Assembly (NCBI GenBank): GCA_913009335.1
Contig: CAJVXN010000003.1
Location: forward strand, 3,899 to 67,898
Direction of reading: 5' to 3'
Length of the DNA stretch: 64,000 nucleotides
From: an uncultured bacterium
GTDB lineage: Bacteria; Omnitrophota; Gorgyraeia; Ghiorseimicrobiales; Ghiorseimicrobiaceae
Position numbers and translations under genes: made by a program. Of this stretch, positions 60,383-64,000 are shown one piece after another; positions within the stretch are counted from its first letter, which is position 1, and each line of letters opens with the position of its first letter. The notes under the pieces are model-generated. The model saw nothing but the letters and a program-made list of their open reading frames with translations. It was not told the origin of the DNA and did not search any database.

Positions 60383-60450
60383 CCCTCCGCCATTTATAGC
60401 GAAGGTTTTACTTTTTTAACGTCCGGGAATTCCCCCTTCAAACGCGGGAC
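60383..60450 (+). repeat. 68-bp direct repeat unit (copy 1) with terminator-like hairpin + T-run and GGGAATTCCC palindrome
   Basis: CCTCCGCCATTTATAGCGAAGGTTTTACTTTTTTAACGTCCGGGAATTCCCCCTTCAAACGCGGGAC; second full copy at 60788-60855, partial copy at 60717-60757. Confidence 0.5.
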
Positions 60451-60787
60451 GATTAACTCCTGATTAATTTTAATATAGCCTTAATTTAAGCATCTGTCAA
60501 GATTTTTAACAATAAGAGTCGACTCTCTATCTACACCTAATCCTGAAATCCAAATTCGAGCTGCCTTTCGTTTCGAGCTCTATGAAAGGCAACACGTTTA
60601 CAACTCAAGACTGCATTACGGTACAAAAATCCAGGCAGCCAGGTTAATGCTTTTATAATTCCTTGCATGACAACCCCCTCTCCTTAAAAGTCCTTCTCCG
60701 GTATAATCCCATCAATGAAGGTTTTACTTTTTTAGAGTGGAGGTTCCCCCTTCAACTCACCACTATTATAGCCCCTAAAAACAAAAA

Positions 60788-60855
60788 TCCTTCGCCATTT
60801 TTAGCGAAGGTTTTACTTTTTTAACGTCCGGGATTTCCCCCTTCTAACGCGGGAC
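60788..60855 (+). repeat. 68-bp direct repeat unit (copy 2)
   Basis: CCTTCGCCATTTTTAGCGAAGGTTTTACTTTTTTAACGTCCGGGATTTCCCCCTTCTAACGCGGGAC. Confidence 0.5.
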
Positions 60856-61061
60856 TTACCTAATTGTTAAATATTAATATAGCTCTGTTTTACCAATTTG
60901 TCAAGGCAATTTTAGTAAAAACTACCTCCTCCTATTCTCCTTGTTTTATTACAGGGAGAGGAAACATCTTGTACGCATTAGCATTTCTGTAAGAGAAATC
61001 AGGAAGAGTTAATTTATCTCCAAGATTCTTAAAGGGAAAATTTTAAAGAGTGTTTTCGTCT

Positions 61062-61940
61062 TCATTTCATATTTAAGCGTTTCATCGCCCATAGGCCCAA
61101 CTTTTCACAATATGCATCAATAGAGTGGTTCTTTACGCCTTCTTTTTTGTTTTTTAAAAAGCCTACCAATCGGAAAAATTCATTATAATTCTTGATAACT
61201 TTTACCCTGGTAAAACCGTCATTATATGGTGTCAAATATCGCATATCTCCATGGTGATCATAGCCAATGAATTTCTTGATAAAATTGCGAAGTTTTTTAC
61301 ATGGCAATAAACATAATAACTCAAAGATATATGTTGGCGGGCTAAATGGAACAATATCATGAGCGTTAACAATTCGGTAAATCGGTGCTTTTATGTCATC
61401 ATCAAATTCTTCATTTCCTACCTTAGGGCTACCAAACGTATAACAGGCCGCTAAATTATCATAATTTAACGCACGCGTAGCAATTAAAGCTAAAGCCCCT
61501 CCAAGCGAATGACCAGTTACATAAAGCGAAAAATCCTTGACGATATCAACCGCACTGCGAATATCATCTTCAACACATTTAAACGCTTGATAAAAACCAT
61601 TATGAACTTTTGCTCCGTTTTTATCCTGATAAAAATTTGCTTTCAAATCTGTAACAATATCTTTAATTTCTTTTATTTGTGTTCCTCTAAATGCAAGTAT
61701 TGCCATTTTATCACTATCTCTTTTCACCAAAAAAGCCTGCGTTGCATCGCGATTAAAAGTCTGAACGAGTTCAAAGTTAGCTTGAGATAGAGCTTCTTTT
61801 AACTCATTGCTATTTTTTTCAAATATCAAATAAGCTAGCTGAGACATTACCGCCATCAACCACGCTGTTCGATCACTATACGCTGCCCTTCTTATAGGTG
61901 GCGATAATAAATCTTTATGTGGAAAGTATAATTTACTCAT
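61062..61940 (-). CDS. Class 3 lipase (alpha/beta-hydrolase, Lipase_3 family)
   Basis: GHSLGGALA nucleophile elbow preceded by the FRGTQ motif typical of lipase_3. Confidence 0.65.
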   Translation of the reverse strand: MSKLYFPHKDLLSPPIRRAAYSDRTAWLMAVMSQLAYLIFEKNSNELKEALSQANFELVQTFNRDATQAFLVKRDSDKMAILAFRGTQIKEIKDIVTDLKANFYQDKNGAKVHNGFYQAFKCVEDDIRSAVDIVKDFSLYVTGHSLGGALALIATRALNYDNLAACYTFGSPKVGNEEFDDDIKAPIYRIVNAHDIVPFSPPTYIFELLCLLPCKKLRNFIKKFIGYDHHGDMRYLTPYNDGFTRVKVIKNYNEFFRLVGFLKNKKEGVKNHSIDAYCEKLGLWAMKRLNMK

Positions 61941-62253
61941 CTCCCCCCCCTCCTATAACACTTTTTGAAAAATTAATCTTCTATAAACCAAGTTGCTTAA
62001 TCATTATACTGCTCGTGAATAATATCTGTCAATAGAAGTTAGGGAAAGCGGATTCGGAGCGCAAGAAACGGAAGACAGCGAAGCTGGCTGACGCCGAGCA
62101 CTGAAACCGCTCGGGTGGGTGAGGAATATAGGTTTTTGGCCGCACAAACAAACCCTCCAATCTTTCATATAGAATCTTCCTTATAATTCTGAAAATTAAA
62201 ATTCCGTTTTCTCGAGCAGCGGACGGTCGCACTCAAGAGTAGGCTTCGCACGC

Positions 62254-62310
62254 GCGGACGCTGCTCGAAATTTTAGCCAAAAAACTAGCCCTATCCTTAA
62301 GGATAGGGCT
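62254..62310. repeat. Right terminal inverted repeat of the island
   Basis: GCGGACGCTGCTCGAAATTTTAGCCAAAAAACTAGCCCTATCCTTAAGGATAGGGCT. Confidence 0.5.
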
Positions 62311-62827
62311 GACCATAAAGAATGCCTCCCCAGAAACTCCCAAGATCAAACTATTGAGATAATTCTATCCAACTCAATACACGGCTGTAGGAATAATCTT
62401 TAGGCCCCGCCGCCCGTACATTCGTCGTTTTACTCCTCAGTATTTCCTTCGGTCACTGGGCGGGCTCGTTTATCTCCCGTTTCGTGGCTTTAAAATCAAC
62501 CAGATAGGTTGATTGAGCGGCATTTTCAAATTTCACAAGAATAGTGAAATTTGTGCCGCAAAACACCAATCAAGGCGCAAAAAAATATGGCGGCTGGGGT
62601 GCACTCAAGAGTAGGCTTCGCACCGGGACAGCCGCCATTTAAATTATCAATAACTACTTCGTCTATTATCTCAAGCTGGTTAGTTCCACTAGATTATGCA
62701 CAAACACCTTAACAACAGACTGAGCATAATAACCGGGGTTTTAGCAATATCCGCATCTTTTTTTATTCTGCGGCAGACTTCCTCATTTCAAAATCTGCTG
62801 ATTTCCTATAGTTTACTAAAATAATTA

Positions 62828-63202
62828 TTATTTCAAGTTTTCCCTGATGCAGACAAGAAGCTTATTATTATCTATAGGCTTAGATAAAAACGGATACCCT
62901 CCTATAAGGCCGCCATGGGAAGTCACCTGAGCTTCTTCGGCAATCGCAGTCAGAAATACAATCGGAATATCTTTAAAAACATTCTCTGATCTTAGTTTAT
63001 TGGCTACTTCACCACCATCCATATCCGGCATAACAACATCGAGCAATATCAAATCCGGATGAAATTCACGGACTGACTCAACAGCCTTACTTGAATCGTT
63101 CTCTACTCTTATTTCAAATTCTCCGGTGCCTTCAAGATACAGCCTTACCAAATTTGTAAAACCTACCTCGTCATCAACCAGTAGTATTTTTTTCTTTTCC
63201 AT
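62828..63202 (-). CDS. Stand-alone response regulator receiver protein
   Basis: ILLVDDEVGFTNLVRLYL...DLILLDVVMPDMDGGEV...KPI receiver signature. Confidence 0.75.
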   Translation of the reverse strand: MEKKKILLVDDEVGFTNLVRLYLEGTGEFEIRVENDSSKAVESVREFHPDLILLDVVMPDMDGGEVANKLRSENVFKDIPIVFLTAIAEEAQVTSHGGLIGGYPFLSKPIDNNKLLVCIRENLK

Positions 63203-63228
63203 GATAGCGTTACCTCCGTTTTATAATA

Positions 63229-64000
63229 TCAGGCTTTACTATGAAGTTTTAATATTATAGTCACCCTTGCCCCTTTAAGATCTTTCTTGTTTTCAATATA
63301 TATCGCGCCGTCATGCATGTCAATTATATTTTTTACCATAGACAATCCTAAACCGGTACCTCCTTTACCGCGGCGTGTTGTAAAAAACGGCTCAAATATC
63401 TTATCTATTATATCATCGGGGATGCCGCATCCTGTATCTTCAATCTCAACAACTGCTGCTGTTTCTCCAATCTTAAATGTATCACCTGCTCTGCGACCGA
63501 TATTTTGACCGTATCCAGCCATTTTATCTTTATAAATCCTTACTGTCAGCTTTCCTCCATCAGGCATTACATGAATAGCATTCATAATAATATTGGTAAA
63601 TGCCTGGTCCATCTTACCTACATCAACATCCACATAAGGAGCATCTTTATCATAATCCGTAACCAGCTTAATCTTATTTTCATCCATCTGCCTCTGTAAT
63701 AATACCAGCGAATTATATACTATGGAATTTAGACTTTCGGTTACAATCTCAAGTTTCGATATTCGAGAAAAATCCAACAGTCCCCTGACTATTGAATCAG
63801 CTCTTCGAATCGCAGTTTCTATCTCCTTTACAATCTGATTACTTTTTTGTTTATCGCCGAGTACATGCGGAAGATACTGAATCCCGGTAAGCATTATTGC
63901 CAAAGGATTTTTTACCTCGTGGGCTATCCCGCTTGCCAGCCGACCCACAGCACCCATCTTCTCTTCCTGAATAAGCTGAGCTTGAGTTTCTTTAAGTTTA
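63229..64000 (-). CDS. Sensor histidine kinase, HisKA + HATPase_c part (partial; 5' end beyond window)
   Basis: H-box GIAHEVKNPLAIM; G-box DTGCGIPDDIIDKIFEPFFTT...GTGLGLSMVKNI. The reading frame stays open to position 64000. Confidence 0.75.
   Translation of the reverse strand, partial: KLKETQAQLIQEEKMGAVGRLASGIAHEVKNPLAIMLTGIQYLPHVLGDKQKSNQIVKEIETAIRRADSIVRGLLDFSRISKLEIVTESLNSIVYNSLVLLQRQMDENKIKLVTDYDKDAPYVDVDVGKMDQAFTNIIMNAIHVMPDGGKLTVRIYKDKMAGYGQNIGRRAGDTFKIGETAAVVEIEDTGCGIPDDIIDKIFEPFFTTRRGKGGTGLGLSMVKNIIDMHDGAIYIENKKDLKGARVTIILKLHSKA

Larger units (their letters stand above)
55606..62310. mobile_element. Putative ~6.7-kb integrative element / defence island bounded by ~57-bp imperfect terminal inverted repeats
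   Basis: Left arm 55606-55662 (AGCCCTATCCTTAAGGATAGGGCTAATTTTTTGGCTTAAATTTCGAGCAGCGTCCGC) matches the reverse complement of 62254-62310 at all but 3 substituted positions plus one inserted A (53 of the 57 left-arm positions identical; right-arm reverse complement is 58 nt). Cargo: serine recombinase, XRE regulator, DUF262, HEPN, DpnI-like, lipase_3. Confidence 0.45.

Noticed and set aside
60717-60760. Possible tRNA 3' half (…GGAGGTTCCCCCTTCAACTCACCA)
   Set aside because: The TTCC and ACCA-like motifs are superficial. Proposed T-stem halves are not complementary and no acceptor/anticodon arms can be formed. It is a diverged copy of the 68-bp repeat.
62029-62232. 67-aa minus-strand ORF next to right TIR
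   Set aside because: No RBS, arginine/phenylalanine-rich low-complexity product, overlaps repeat/hairpin DNA. Probably noncoding.
1-64000. CRISPR arrays, rRNA or tRNA genes
   Set aside because: No regularly spaced direct repeats with unique spacers, and no rRNA-like conserved blocks or cloverleaf-capable segments, were found by eye in intergenic regions. This cannot be excluded without tRNAscan/Infernal.

Overview
This is an AT-rich bacterial chromosomal window with almost all genes on the minus strand. The left third (1-10 kb) is a tightly packed minus-strand operon. It links two-component signalling (two 7TM sensor kinases, two stand-alone receivers) to lipid and aldehyde enzymes: a PlsC-like acyltransferase, an SRPBCC + acyl-ACP-reductase-like fusion, a methyltransferase + nitronate-monooxygenase fusion, and an ALDH-superfamily enzyme. 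From 9.8 to 18.7 kb there is a type IV pilin locus: three pilin genes, an LtaS/EptA-like sulfatase-family membrane protein and two TPR/PMT-like membrane proteins, a probable pilin-modification set. The pilin locus is punctuated by a small inverted-repeat element. One copy of that element precisely encloses a GIY-YIG nuclease gene, and two ~120-bp MITE-like derivatives occur elsewhere, one translated in-frame inside a pilin leader. Housekeeping genes follow (rluD, lgt, lspA, dksA-like, ileS, mtnP, proC, yggS). From 27.6 to 45.4 kb there is a complete dcw cell-wall/division cluster, mraZ-rsmH-ftsL-ftsI-murE-murF-mraY-murD-ftsW-murG-[secreted HExxH metallopeptidase]-murC-murB-ddl-ftsQ-ftsA. No ftsZ follows ftsA. 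On the plus strand lie a GldA/F/G-like ABC system and a second NMO paralog, then a LemA/TPM pair and a 727-aa EF-hand-motif membrane protein. The most striking region is 55.6-62.3 kb, a ~6.7-kb putative mobile island bounded by ~57-bp imperfect terminal inverted repeats. It carries a large serine recombinase, an XRE regulator, a DUF262 (DGxQR) + HEPN (Rx4H) gene pair that is a candidate defence module, a DpnI-like methyl-directed restriction endonuclease, internal direct repeats and a class-3 lipase. It is followed by structured hairpin repeats and another RR/HK pair. Several small palindromic/structured repeat families with compensatory stem changes are scattered in intergenic regions. No rRNA, tRNA or CRISPR array was detected by eye.
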